Source: Bacillota bacterium (GTDB taxonomy: Bacteria; Bacillota; Clostridia; Acetivibrionales; DTU013). Taken from it: DNA of 61,268 bases. A program made the position numbers and the translations under genes. A model generated the notes under the pieces. It saw only the letters and a program-made list of their open reading frames with translations, ran no database searches and was not told the origin of the DNA. Positions 9,613 through 20,600 of this stretch are shown here, piece after piece; the first letter of the stretch is position 1; every line of letters begins with the position of its first letter. The stretch is from contig JBLNDI010000038.1 of assembly GCA_050261495.1 (NCBI GenBank), positions 1 through 61,268 on the forward strand, given 5' to 3'.

Positions 9613-9716
9613 TGGTGCTTGACGGGAGAAATGCCGGCTTGTATAATGTACGTAATATAATTATGTAATCTCCTTCTTGTTATCAAGGCGGATCGGCACA
9701 CTTCGGGGGTCGGCAA

Positions 9717-10278
9717 ATGAAAAGCGTTTACCTGGTAATGACTGCGACAGGCACATGGGTTTCCAAGTGCATAAAGATTTATACAAAATCGAGGTACAAT
9801 CATGTATCGCTTTGCCTGGACCCCGGGATGAACGAGTTTTACAGCTTCGGAAGAAAGATCAGGTGGTTTCCGCTTATAGGCGGATTTATAATAGAACATA
9901 AAAGACACCGGTCTTTTCAAGGCATTCGGCGATACGACCTGCGCCATTTACAGGCTGGAAGTCGAAGAACAGAAATTCAAGAAATTAAAATGTTCCGTTG
10001 AATCTTTCATAATAGACAGGGAAAAATACGGGTATAACTTGCTTGGACTTTTCGCAGTCATGCTTAACATACCGCTGCGGAGAAAGAATAAGTTCTTCTG
10101 TACGCAGTTCGTCGCAACCATGCTTCAATCGAGCGGCATACATGACTTCGGCAAGGATCCTTCCCTTGTCACTCCACACGATTTTTATGAAATAGACTGC
10201 CTCATCCCGGTGTATGAAGGAAGGCTCTGTGATATAAACCGCAGCATATGTTATGTTGACCAGGCGGCACGCATATAA
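9717..10278 (+). pseudogene. frameshifted permuted papain-like (YiiX/YaeF, C92-type) cysteine hydrolase gene
   Basis: ORF 9717-10001 (..YNHVSLCLD..YSFGRK..IGGFIIEH) loses homology after cataaaagac. The +1 frame continues as KDTGLFKAFGDTTCAIYRLEVEEQKFKKLK..YGYNLLGLFAVMLNIPLRRKNKFFCTQFVA and runs to 10278. Removing one A from the A-run at about 9899-9902 restores a single ORF. Confidence 0.6.
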
Positions 10279-10386
10279 AAAGGGCGGCGAAACAGGTTAT
10301 TATGCCCTTTTCCCCAAGGACGGGGATATGGCGCAATTGAGGCATCATACAGGGGAAGGATGATGCTATTTCCATGAAAATTTTTC

Positions 10387-10415
10387 TTGCAATTACAATT
10401 GTGTTATGTTAAAAT
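10387..10415 (+). promoter_or_regulatory. sigma-A-like promoter (TTGCAA-17-TAAAAT)
   Basis: The -35 box TTGCAA is at 10387-10392. A 17-nt spacer separates it from the -10 box TAAAAT at 10410-10415. Confidence 0.4.
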
Positions 10416-10456
10416 AAATATGCTGGAGAAATAAATAATTAGTGTGTGGAGAAAAG

Positions 10457-10507
10457 GAGTCACATTATTCGGGTCGTAAGCCCCTATATTGTGGCTCTTT
10501 ATTTTTT
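10457..10507 (+). terminator. putative intrinsic terminator / attenuator hairpin
   Basis: The stem gagtcaca(10457-10464)/tgtggctc(10490-10497) encloses an inner ggg..ccc stem. It is followed by tttatttttt. Confidence 0.45.
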
Positions 10508-10656
10508 GACAAGTCGTACTTTGCTTTATTATTTGCAATTCCCGATTGTTCTTTCCGAACGTTAGGGGAAATAAGCGAAATCTTATACCCCTAAATATAA
10601 AATTGAAAGCGTTTAATGCTTTCGAAAATAGTAAGAAGGAGAGAGGGAGGTCAAAT

Positions 10657-12561
10657 ATGGTATTTGAGAGTACTGTAAAACAAAGGACAGACCAAGCGAA
10701 GAAAAGGGCAAAGGTATGGCTATGCATATCTATCGCCCTGATGCTGATCAGTATGGTCGTTGCATCCATCATTCAAACGTCGGCAGGCAATGTGACAATT
10801 AAAGAATTGTATTGGGAGACGGATCAAGGAATCGCCTTGAGCGCAAATCTTTATGTTCCCAGGAATGCGACCTCGGAAACCCCGGCTCCGGCAATTGTTA
10901 CAAGCCATGGTTTATTCAATAACAAGGAGATGCAGGATGCCAACTGTATCGAGCTTTCACGCCGCGGTTTTGTTGTGGTTGCACCTGATCAGCCAAGGCA
11001 CGGGAAGTCGGACCTGATAGGAACAGACGGAACTTATATGTCGGCTAATAATGCCGTATATCTAAGCGCCCTGATGGTATCAAGGCTGCCTTACGTTGAC
11101 GCGAGCCGTATCGGGGTCACAGGGCATTCGATGGGCGGCATGTCATGTAATACGGCGGTAATGCAGGACAGCGACCCGGAAAAACGGTTAATTTCCGCTG
11201 TGCTTATTAATTGCGCCGATGCAACTTATACCGACTCATCTTTCGGTCTTTCCGACGAGACAACCGGTAATTATGTCAATATTTATGGCAACAGGGATGT
11301 TGGAATGATTGCTGTCATGTATGATGAATTTTTCCATAAATCCAAGGATGAATATGGAAACCAGTTGCAAGCGCCATACTTTATGAAAACTGCAAATGCG
11401 CAATCCTTCCTGCATTTTGGAAAGGATCCTGCCGGGCTTGAAACAAGGAAACCTGATACCATGTATCGCGAGACTGTTGATGGAAAAGAATGCATTCGCG
11501 TGATATACAGGCCTCCTATTATCCATCCGTGGTCGCATTTCAGTGCAAGAGCCACGGCCGCCGTGGTGGAATTCTTCCAGGAGACGCTGGGCGCGCCGAA
11601 TCAGCTCGCCCCGTCAAACCAGGTGTGGTTTGTCAAGGAATTGTTTAATTTTATAGGCTTGATCGGATTTGCTCTGTTTATTGTAAACTTTACTATACTT
11701 ATGCTGTATACGCCTTACTTCTCTGCATTGCGTTCAGAAGAGATCGTGCAGCCGATGGCTATTGATAATAAGGGGAAAGCCTGGTTCTGGGGCTTGCTCA
11801 TTGCCGCCGCATTATTTGCAATGATTGTATATTTGCCAATAATCAGCTACACATTTAATACCACTATTGTCAAGCAGACCGAGACTTTTGCCATCGGTTG
11901 CTGGGCAGCAGCCTGCGGCATATTCTCAATCGTGTGCATGTACCTGTTCTACAGATTTTACGGTAAGAAACAAGGATTCGATCTTGCTGAACGCGGAGTG
12001 AAGATGCCCCTGCCCAAACTGGCAAAGACGCTTCTGCTTGCAATCATCGTTGTCGTTGTTGCATACAGCTGCGTATTCTTTGCAGACTACTTCTTCCAGA
12101 CAGACTTCCGCATCTGGACATTGGCATTCAAGGCATTTAATCCGAACCTGCTTTTCACTTCCCTGTTCCCATATATGATTCTTTACCTGATCTTCTATGT
12201 AGCATCCTCTGTTTCCGCCAACAGCTTCAATTATAATCAAGCAGGCGGAAAGAGAATATGGGTGAATGATTTAATAGTATCGGTTTTTGCTGCTGTTCCG
12301 GCTATTATTATGCTTTCGGTTCAGTATATCACCTATTTCACCACGAATAGTATGGCTTGGCCCCAGCTTTCTTTCGGAGGTCCGAATCCTCCCATGTACA
12401 TCCTGTGGCTATTCCCGTTTTTACTGATCCTGCCGGGAACGACGGCTATTTCGCGCGCGATTTACAGGGTTTCCAACAATCCTTATCTCGGCGGTATCAT
12501 TAATGCTGTAATAATCACCCTTTTTGCTTGTACTAATACAATCACAGGTTCGATATTCTAG
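10657..12561 (+). CDS. membrane-anchored alpha/beta hydrolase fused to a polytopic membrane domain
   Basis: The start follows the Shine-Dalgarno sequence AAGGAGAGAGGGAGG. An N-terminal signal anchor (VWLCISIALMLISMVVASII) precedes a hydrolase core with an HG motif (VTSHGLF) and a GHSMGG nucleophile elbow. The C-terminal roughly 300 aa consists of many hydrophobic helices. The ORF is open from 10546. Confidence 0.7.
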   Translation: MVFESTVKQRTDQAKKRAKVWLCISIALMLISMVVASIIQTSAGNVTIKELYWETDQGIALSANLYVPRNATSETPAPAIVTSHGLFNNKEMQDANCIELSRRGFVVVAPDQPRHGKSDLIGTDGTYMSANNAVYLSALMVSRLPYVDASRIGVTGHSMGGMSCNTAVMQDSDPEKRLISAVLINCADATYTDSSFGLSDETTGNYVNIYGNRDVGMIAVMYDEFFHKSKDEYGNQLQAPYFMKTANAQSFLHFGKDPAGLETRKPDTMYRETVDGKECIRVIYRPPIIHPWSHFSARATAAVVEFFQETLGAPNQLAPSNQVWFVKELFNFIGLIGFALFIVNFTILMLYTPYFSALRSEEIVQPMAIDNKGKAWFWGLLIAAALFAMIVYLPIISYTFNTTIVKQTETFAIGCWAAACGIFSIVCMYLFYRFYGKKQGFDLAERGVKMPLPKLAKTLLLAIIVVVVAYSCVFFADYFFQTDFRIWTLAFKAFNPNLLFTSLFPYMILYLIFYVASSVSANSFNYNQAGGKRIWVNDLIVSVFAAVPAIIMLSVQYITYFTTNSMAWPQLSFGGPNPPMYILWLFPFLLILPGTTAISRAIYRVSNNPYLGGIINAVIITLFACTNTITGSIF

Positions 12562-12589
12562 CAATTGTTTTTCATACCAAAGAAAAAAT

Positions 12590-12630
12590 GGGACTGTTCC
12601 TTAAGGTGTATATCCTTAAGGGACAGTCCC
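12590..12630. terminator. bidirectional terminator hairpin between convergent genes
   Basis: gggactgttccttaagg-tgtatat-ccttaagggacagtccc forms a 17-bp stem with one mismatch. It is flanked by an A-run upstream and a T-rich stretch downstream. Confidence 0.6.
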
Positions 12631-12667
12631 GTTATTTACCTTGCGTTGACCAGGCAACCAATATTTC

Positions 12668-13447
12668 TTAATACACGTATACCATTCGGCCAATCCTGGC
12701 CTTGATGGGTTTTGACCAAAGCCATTTGTTCGTGGCGCTGTCATCGAAGTAGTAAAGCGCCCCGTTGCTCGGATCGCTGCCCTTTAGTGCTTCAAGGGCG
12801 GCGTTCCTGTCCGTCTGTGTCGCAGGCTTGTTGATCCAGCCGTTTTCCACCGGCGTAAACTGGTAATACCCGTTGCTTACCTCGTATATGACCGCAGTAA
12901 TCGTATCAGGGAAAAGATCGCTTTTCACCCTGTTGACAACAACCGCGGCCACGGCAACTTTAGCCGCGTACGGTTCACTCTCGGCTTCAGCCCTGACAAG
13001 CCTTGCCAGCAAATCAAGCTCGGCATCGGTGTATGGTATTACTGCGTTGCCTGTGTTTCCGGCGTTGCCCGGGTTCGCCGCGGCGCCGGCTGACGGGATG
13101 TTCAGCTGCTGGCCGGGATAAATCATGTTATCCCATTTATTATTCGCTTTCCTCAGCATTTCCAGCGAAACGCCGTGTTTCAGCGCAATAAGGTACAACG
13201 TATCGCCGCTTTTCACCGTATAGGTTTTTGCGCGCACAGACAGTTTCTGGCCTGGATAAATAATGTCGCTTTTCAAGCTGTTGTCGGACTTGATGGTTGC
13301 GACGGACGTATTGAACATAAGTCCGATCTTGTACAGCGAGTCGCCCTTCTGGACGGTGTAGCTCGCGCCGTAAGCGGAAGCCGCGAACAGAAAAATTGTT
13401 GCGGCGGCAACCGCAATGAAAGATGATACCTTTTTAAATAGCTTCAT
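12668..13447 (-). CDS. secreted cell-wall hydrolase, 2x LysM + SleB/CwlJ (Hydrolase_2) domain
   Basis: It has a signal peptide (FIAVAAATIFLFAASAYG) and two LysM repeats (YTVQKGDSLYKIG.., YTVKSGDTLYLIA..). The Hydrolase_2 core reads LLARLVRAEAESEPYAAKVAVAAVVVNRV...QFTPV. Confidence 0.85.
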   Translation of the reverse strand: MKLFKKVSSFIAVAAATIFLFAASAYGASYTVQKGDSLYKIGLMFNTSVATIKSDNSLKSDIIYPGQKLSVRAKTYTVKSGDTLYLIALKHGVSLEMLRKANNKWDNMIYPGQQLNIPSAGAAANPGNAGNTGNAVIPYTDAELDLLARLVRAEAESEPYAAKVAVAAVVVNRVKSDLFPDTITAVIYEVSNGYYQFTPVENGWINKPATQTDRNAALEALKGSDPSNGALYYFDDSATNKWLWSKPIKARIGRMVYVY

Positions 13448-13461
13448 ATTAATACCTCCTT

Positions 13462-13596
13462 TGCCTTCGGGGTTAGTTAACGGGTTCGGGTTGAGGAGAC
13501 CCTACTCTCTGAGAGATTCACCCTTGGGCAGCGGCGGACATGAATCCTGCCGCAGCCCGGTATTGCATCCCCCGTACTCCTTGCGGAGATTCGGCA
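13462..13596 (-). promoter_or_regulatory. cyclic-di-AMP riboswitch (ydaO/yuaA class) in the 5' leader of the LysM/SleB hydrolase gene
   Basis: The minus strand reads UGCCGAAUC-UCCGCAAGGA-GUACGGGGGAUGC...GGGUGAAUC-UCUCAGAGA-GUAGGGUC...ACCCGAACCCGUUAACUAACCCCGAAGGCA. This reproduces the pseudo-two-fold ydaO core (AAUC-hairpin-ACGGGGGA, GGUGAAUC-hairpin-UAGGG, ACCCGAACCCG-CAGCUAACC-CG-AAGC). It is followed directly by AAGGAGG and the ATG at 13447. Confidence 0.85.
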
Positions 13597-13743
13597 TATT
13601 TATTGCAAGGCGGCCAATCTTGCTTTTCGGGCATGTGTGCCGGATAAACCGCCTTATGTCAACTAGTATTTTACCAGAGGTAATACGCATGTTTCCAGAC
13701 TATATTTCTGGAAGCAATGTAGTATAATGTAAGGGGACACACG

Positions 13744-14565
13744 TTGCGTATGACAACCGGCATATGCAATTTTAAGGCAGGTGGAATGATGTACGGATTG
13801 GTACTGGAAGGCGGCGGCGGACGGGGCGCGTACCAGATCGGCGCATGCAAGGCAATCAAGGAGATGGGATTTAAGATTTCCATGGTTGCCGGCACTTCGG
13901 TCGGCGCTTTGAACGGCGCAATGGTTGTCCAGGGCGACATTGACAGGGCATATGATATCTGGTACGATCTCAACCCCCAAACCATAATAAAGTTTTCCGA
14001 AGACGAGCTTTCGAGCTATTCCGACAGCGGGTTCAGCCCGGAGGCGCTGAAAGTATTTGTTAAAAGGCTGAAAAAAGTTATTTCGGAGGGAGGCCTGAAT
14101 GTAGAACCGCTTGAAAAGCTGGTTAAAAGCGTGCTTGACGAGGACAGGATCAGGAAATCCCCGGTCGGGTTCGGCGTGGTTACGGTTGACCTGACGCGAA
14201 GAAAAGCGGTGGAAATTTATAAGGAAGAAATACCTTACGGTTACCTGGCGGATTACGTGATTGCCAGCGCCAGTTTTCCCGCATTTAAAAGAACAATCAT
14301 AGACGGGAGGGCGTTTATTGACGGAGCCCTGTATAATTCCCTCCCGATAAACATGGTCAGCTCACGGGGATACAAGGACATAATAGTTTTAAGAACTTAC
14401 GGTATCGGCATGAAAAGGCGGGTAAACACAAGAGGATTGAACATAATTACCATATCCCCGTCGGAAAGCCTCGGGTTCACGCTCGATTTCAGCAACAGGA
14501 CGGCCAGGAGAAACCTCCGGCTGGGTTATGACGACGCCGTCAGGGCGCTGGAAAAGTATGCATAA
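13744..14565 (+). CDS. patatin-like phospholipase
   Basis: It has the oxyanion motif GGGGRGAYQIG, the nucleophile GTSVGA (G-x-S-x-G) and the catalytic Asp motif FIDGALYN. The likely true start is MMYGLVLEGGG at about 13786. Confidence 0.82.
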   Translation: MRMTTGICNFKAGGMMYGLVLEGGGGRGAYQIGACKAIKEMGFKISMVAGTSVGALNGAMVVQGDIDRAYDIWYDLNPQTIIKFSEDELSSYSDSGFSPEALKVFVKRLKKVISEGGLNVEPLEKLVKSVLDEDRIRKSPVGFGVVTVDLTRRKAVEIYKEEIPYGYLADYVIASASFPAFKRTIIDGRAFIDGALYNSLPINMVSSRGYKDIIVLRTYGIGMKRRVNTRGLNIITISPSESLGFTLDFSNRTARRNLRLGYDDAVRALEKYA

Positions 14566-14664
14566 CGAAAGTTATGTAAAAATATGTAATTAATTATGAA
14601 TATCGCCGTTTCAGGGTATGCTATAAAAACGTGATAAAAATACATGGAACGGTGATATTTTTTA

Positions 14665-17600
14665 ATGGATTTTTCGATTGCGGCAACATATGTAATTTTG
14701 TCAGGCATAATAGTTTATCTGCTGGTATTGCTTCTGAAACGCAGGTCGGATGTCTGCGTCGAAGTAAGGGATACCACGCTTGCGGCTGAAGAATTGCAAA
14801 AGCACGCAATGGAAATCGCCAGGAACCACCCGGTGGGGAAATCGTCCAAGAGCCATCACTGGCTTGTACGAAGGCTTAATGAAAACTACGGCGTTATCAC
14901 CCGTGTTTACAAGGCCATGAATTCGGATATCAAGGAGTCTTTTCCCACGGCTCCCGCAGCAGAATGGCTGCTGGACAATTTCTATGTCATAGCGGAGCAG
15001 GTAAGGTTCATCGGCAGAAACTTGTCAAGAGGCAGGTATTCAAGACTGCCGTCTCTTAAAAAAGGATATTTGAAAGGATATCCGAGGGTATATGCCATTG
15101 CATTGGAAATCGTAGCCCATTCAAACGGGAATATCGATGAAAAAACCATTACATCCTTCATCCAGGCATACCAATCGCAGGCTCTCCTGTCGATGGGCGA
15201 GCTATGGGCGATACCGCTCATGCTGCGGATTGCCCTTATTGAAAGCATAAGATATGTGTGCGACAAAATCAATCTGTCCCGCCTGGAATGGCACAAGGCG
15301 GAAGAGCTTGCGGCACGGATATCATCCCCGGATATTGACGATGCGCAAATTGAAATCACGCTGAAGAAATACCTGGACGGGATGAAAAGCATCAGTCCGT
15401 CTTTTGCGGAGCACCTGATCCGCAGGCTCAGAAAGCAGGGAGCAGGGGTTTCCGTTGTAACGGCGCTGATCAACAAGCGGCTTTCCAATGAAAGCCTGAC
15501 CGTTGCGGAGCTTACTGCCATGGAACACCAGGTGCAGGCGGAAATGCAGCTTGAAATCGGAAATTATATAACCGGGCTCAAGCTTATTTCGGACCTGGAC
15601 TGGTCTGATATTTTTGAAATCCTCAGCAAGGTTGAGCAGATTCTCAGGAAAGATCCCACCGGCGTATACGGCATGATGGATTTTGAATCGCGGGATCTCT
15701 ACAGGCATGAAGTCGAAAAACTGGCGAGAGCCTTCGGCGTGCCGGAGATCCATGTCGCGTGCAAGGCTGTCGAATGCGCGGAAAACGGTATGGGCGATCC
15801 GCCCCGGGACCATGTGGGATACTACCTGGTGGGGAAAGGCAGGAAGAACCTTTTAGGAATTCTCGGCAAATCTGCAGGCAAGCAATGGGGATCCTTCTTT
15901 ACAAGCGCCGGGAAGCCTAAAATACTCTACGCCGGAATGCTCATCTTCATTATTGCTTTTACTGCATCGTACCTGACATACTACGCCGCAACGCAGGACG
16001 GCAGGGCAGATTTTCTCCTGCCCGCAATTACGGCGCTTCTTGTACTTATACCTTGCAGCGAATTTGCCATTAAAATAACCAACAGCATATTCAGCCATAT
16101 TTACAGGCCAACCATGCTTCCGAAGCTTGATCTGAGGGAAGGCATACCGGAAGAGTTCGCGGCGATGGTTATCATCCCGACCTTGCTCACAAGCCCTGAG
16201 AGCGCTTCCAGGCTGATACACCAGCTTGAAGTATATTATCTTGCCAACCGTGATCGCAACCTGTTTTTCGCGCTCGTCGGCGACTTCAAGGATGCGCCGG
16301 CAAAGAACCAGCCGTCCGACGACGCCGTGGTTGATACGGCAATGAAAGGGATAGCGGAATTGAACAGGAAATATTCCGGTAACGGTCCGTCGGTTTTCTA
16401 TTATTTCCACCGCGAAAGGTCATACAACACCTCACAGGACAGGTGGATGGGCTGGGAAAGGAAAAGGGGCGCCATTGTAGAACTAAACAGGCTCCTTCGC
16501 GGCGAGAAAGATACCGGTTATAAAATTGTATCCGGCGACATATCCGGGCTGCCAAGGATTAAATACGTAATTACATTAGACGCGGATACCAACCTTCCGA
16601 TGGGCGTTGCCAAGAAGCTGATAGGTACGATAGCACACCCGCTGAACAGGGCGGTAATCGATGAAAAAACCGGACTTGTAAAGGAAGGATACGGCATATT
16701 GCAGCCGCGCATAAGCATAAGCATACTCAGCGCGAACCGCTCGTTTTTCACAAGGGTATTCGCCGGCCAGGGAGGCATCGATCCCTATACTACCGCGGTA
16801 TCGGACATATACCAGGATATATTCGGAGAGGGCATATTTTCGGGCAAAGGCATATATGAAGTGGATATATTCAGGGAAGTGCTGGAAAACAGGATACCTG
16901 ACAACAGCGTACTCAGCCATGACCTTCTTGAAGGCTGCCATTTGCGCGCGGGGCTGGTTAGCGATATCGAGCTTGTCGACGGATACCCGGCAGGATATAA
17001 TTCGTATGCCGCAAGGCAGCACAGGTGGGTCCGGGGCGATTGGCAGCTCTTGCCGTGGCTGGCCGGGAAGACCAGGAACAGGGAAGGCATAAAAATAAAG
17101 AACCAGTTGTCCTTCCTGTCAAAATGGAAAATATTCGATAACATTCGAAGAAGCCTGCTTTACCCGTCATTACTTGTTTTAATCTTTGCAGGCATTGTTT
17201 TGCTGCCCGGAAACAGCCTTGTATGGATAGGGTTTGCGGTTCTTGTCACGGTTTCTCCCGTCACGACCGGCATAATGAACGCGCTTTTGTCAGGAAACAT
17301 GGGTTGCAGGAAGAGCAAGACAAGCTCCACGGTCATTACGGGAACGAAGGCGGCTGTTTATCAATCGGTCATGCTATTCATGCTGATGCCGCACCAGGCG
17401 TATCTTATGGCAGACGCCATTATCCGCACGGTTTACAGGGTCTTTTTCACGCATAAAAACATGCTTGAATGGGTAACCGCGGCGGATGTTGAGAGCAGTG
17501 CCAGGAATGACATGGGAACCTACTTGAGGAAAATGTGGTTTTCCATTGCGGCGGCTGTGGCCATTCTCATTTCCCTGCAGTGGGGAGACCGGGGAAGCAT

Positions 17601-20600
17601 CATACCTTCCGCAGCATCGGCGCTTATATGGATAATTGCTCCCGCAGCGGCCTTCCGGGCGAGCAAGTCGACGCCCAGGAAGCGTCACCGGCTGTCGTCG
17701 GAGGATTATTCATTTCTAAGGCTGGTATCGAGAAAAACGTGGAGCTTCTTCGAGGATTTTGCCGGTGAAAGCGACAATTACCTCCCGCCCGACAATTACC
17801 AGGAGGATCCGCCAAAAGGCGTGGCGCACCGGACTTCGCCCACCAATATCGGGCTTATGCTGATTTCGGTTATTTCAGCATGCGACATGGGGTACATTTC
17901 CTGGACCGGCATGCTTGAAAAACTGGACAAGGTGATAAATACAATAGAGAAGCTTGAAAAATGGAAAGGGCATTTATACAACTGGTACGACACGATATCC
18001 CTCGAAATGCTGAGGCCGCTGTATGTATCCACGGTGGACAGCGGCAACCTGGTCGGGTACATGATGGCGCTGAGGGAAGGAATGAAGGAATATCAAGGCA
18101 TACAGGCGCCAAGACCTTCCATGGCATTGGGATTGATAGATACGCTTGAGTTGGCGTATGGACGGAAGGGTACGGAAGCCTGCCTGGGAATCAGGCGACA
18201 GTTGGAGGAACTCGGCGAATCAGCAGGCATGGACCTTTTAAAATGGGCGTCCGTGCTTGGCGATATCCGTCTCCTTGTTGAATCGTCAAATCCGGCTGAC
18301 GGCGGAGATGAGAAAGAAAGCTGGATGAAAAAGTTGGTCGGGATGGCTGAACAGTACTCGGACGAGCTGCATTCGTTCTATCCTTTCTTGCGGAACGTGG
18401 ATTTATTAAATATCTTAAAAGAACTGGATTCGGGATTGCATGAAAGTATGCTGAAGCCGGGCCCGCCCGAAGAATTGCTCTCACGTTACCGTGCGGCGGC
18501 GAGCCTCCTGGATGGCGGAATTCCCACGGAGGCGGATGCGGGATATGAGAAAGTGAAGGAACTGTCCCGCATGCTCAACCTGGCTGCAGCCTATATTGAA
18601 GAAAATATCAGGCGAAACAATGATATCATAGAAAGAATTACAAAGCTCATAGATGAAACCGAGTTTTCGCCGCTTTTCAACCCCAAGAGGATGTTGTTTT
18701 CAATCGGCTACAACGCCGAAGACGGCCGCCTGAGCAAGTCATACTACGACCTGTTTGCCTCGGAGGCCAGGCAGGCGAGCTATATAGCAATAGCGCGGGG
18801 TGAAGTCGACCGCAGGCATTGGACGCGCATGGGCAGGAAAATGACGCTGGCCGACGGAGGCAGGGCGCTTGTGTCGTGGACGGGAACGATGTTCGAGTAT
18901 CTGATGCCGCTGCTTATCATGAGAAACTATGAGAGTACCATATTTGACGAGACATATTTCTTTGTGGTAAGAGCGCAAAAGAAATACGGAAAACAACGCC
19001 GAATACCCTGGGGCATTTCGGAATCGGGCTACAGTTCGCTGGACTTCAACCTGAATTACCAGTACAAGGCTTTTGGCATACCGGGACTTGGACTCAAAAG
19101 GGGACTCGCCAATGACATGGTGACGGCGCCGTACGCCTCGATGCTTGCATTATGCGTCGATCCCGAGGCCGCCGTCGATAACCTGAGAGAACTGGCCGAC
19201 CTTGGAATGGATGGAAAGTGGGGCTACTACGAAGCAATTGATTTTACTCCTTCAAGGCTTGACAAGGGCAGGCGCTACCACATTGTAAAAAGCTTCATGG
19301 CCCATCACCAGGGCATGAGCCTGGCGGCGCTGAACAATTTTTTCAATGACGGTATCCTGCAGAAGCGTTTTCACTCGAACCCGGTCATACAATCGGCAGA
19401 ACTCCTGCTGCAGGAAAAGATACCGGAAAAAGCTGTTTACGCAAGGGAATTCAAGGACGGAAGGGCAGCCGTTGTAAAGAGGCAGGAGCAAGTCGACGGC
19501 GCTGCGATCAGAGTATACGGCCTTCCTGAAAGCCTTCCTCCCAAGGCGCATATTCTCTCAAACGGAACCTACTCGGTAATGGTCACGGACGGCGGCTCCG
19601 GGTACAGCATGAACGGTCATATGGCCGTAACAAGGTGGAAAGACGACTACTTTGCAAAAAACGGGTTCTATATATTTATTCAAAATATAAACTCGAATAC
19701 CGCCTGGTCGGCGACATATGATCCTTACATCAAGGAACCCGAAAAATACAGGGTCGTATTTTCGCCAAATAAAGCCGAGTACGTAAGGAAAGACGGCAAT
19801 ATTGAATCGCACCTGGAAATTGCAGTGTCGCCCGAGGATAACGCTGAAATCAGGAGAATATACGTTACAAACCACAGCGAGCATACAAGGGTTATAGAAC
19901 TTACAAGCTACCTGGAGGTTGTGCTTATGCCGCGAAGGGAAGATGCGGCCCATCCTGCTTTCAGCAAACTGTTCATAAAAACTGAGTTTGTAAAGGAAAA
20001 AAAGTGCCTGCTGGCAGTCAGGAGACAGAGGGCGAGAGGCCATAAGCAACAATGGCTTATGCATACGCTGACCATTGAGGGGGACGTCGTGGGAGATCTG
20101 CATTATGAGACCGACAGGATGAAATTTATAGGCAGAAACCGCGATATTTCAAACCCACAGGCCCTGGACCCGGACCAGCCGCTCAGCAACAGCGCAGGTT
20201 CGGTTCTTGACCCGGTATTGTGCCTGCGCAGGCGCATAAGGATCGGCCCCGGGCAGACGGTTAAAGCAGTGTTTGCCGTAGCCGCGGCCCATAACAGGAA
20301 ACATGCGCTGGAACTGGCCGATAAGTTCGCCGATTTGAAGCAGTCGGAAAGGGTATTCGAATTATCGTGGACGAGAAGCCAGGTGGAGAACAGGTATCTC
20401 GGACTGAGTGCCGGCGAGGTGGAATTCTACCTGGAGCTTGTACCGTTTATTTTATACCACAACCCGCTCAGGCGTGAATTTGCCGGGTATATCGCCGAAA
20501 ACACCGGGACGCAGGAAGATCTTTGGTCTTTTGGAATTTCGGGCGACATTCCCGTGATCCTTGTCGAGATTAACGACGATGAAGACCTGGAGCTGGTGTA

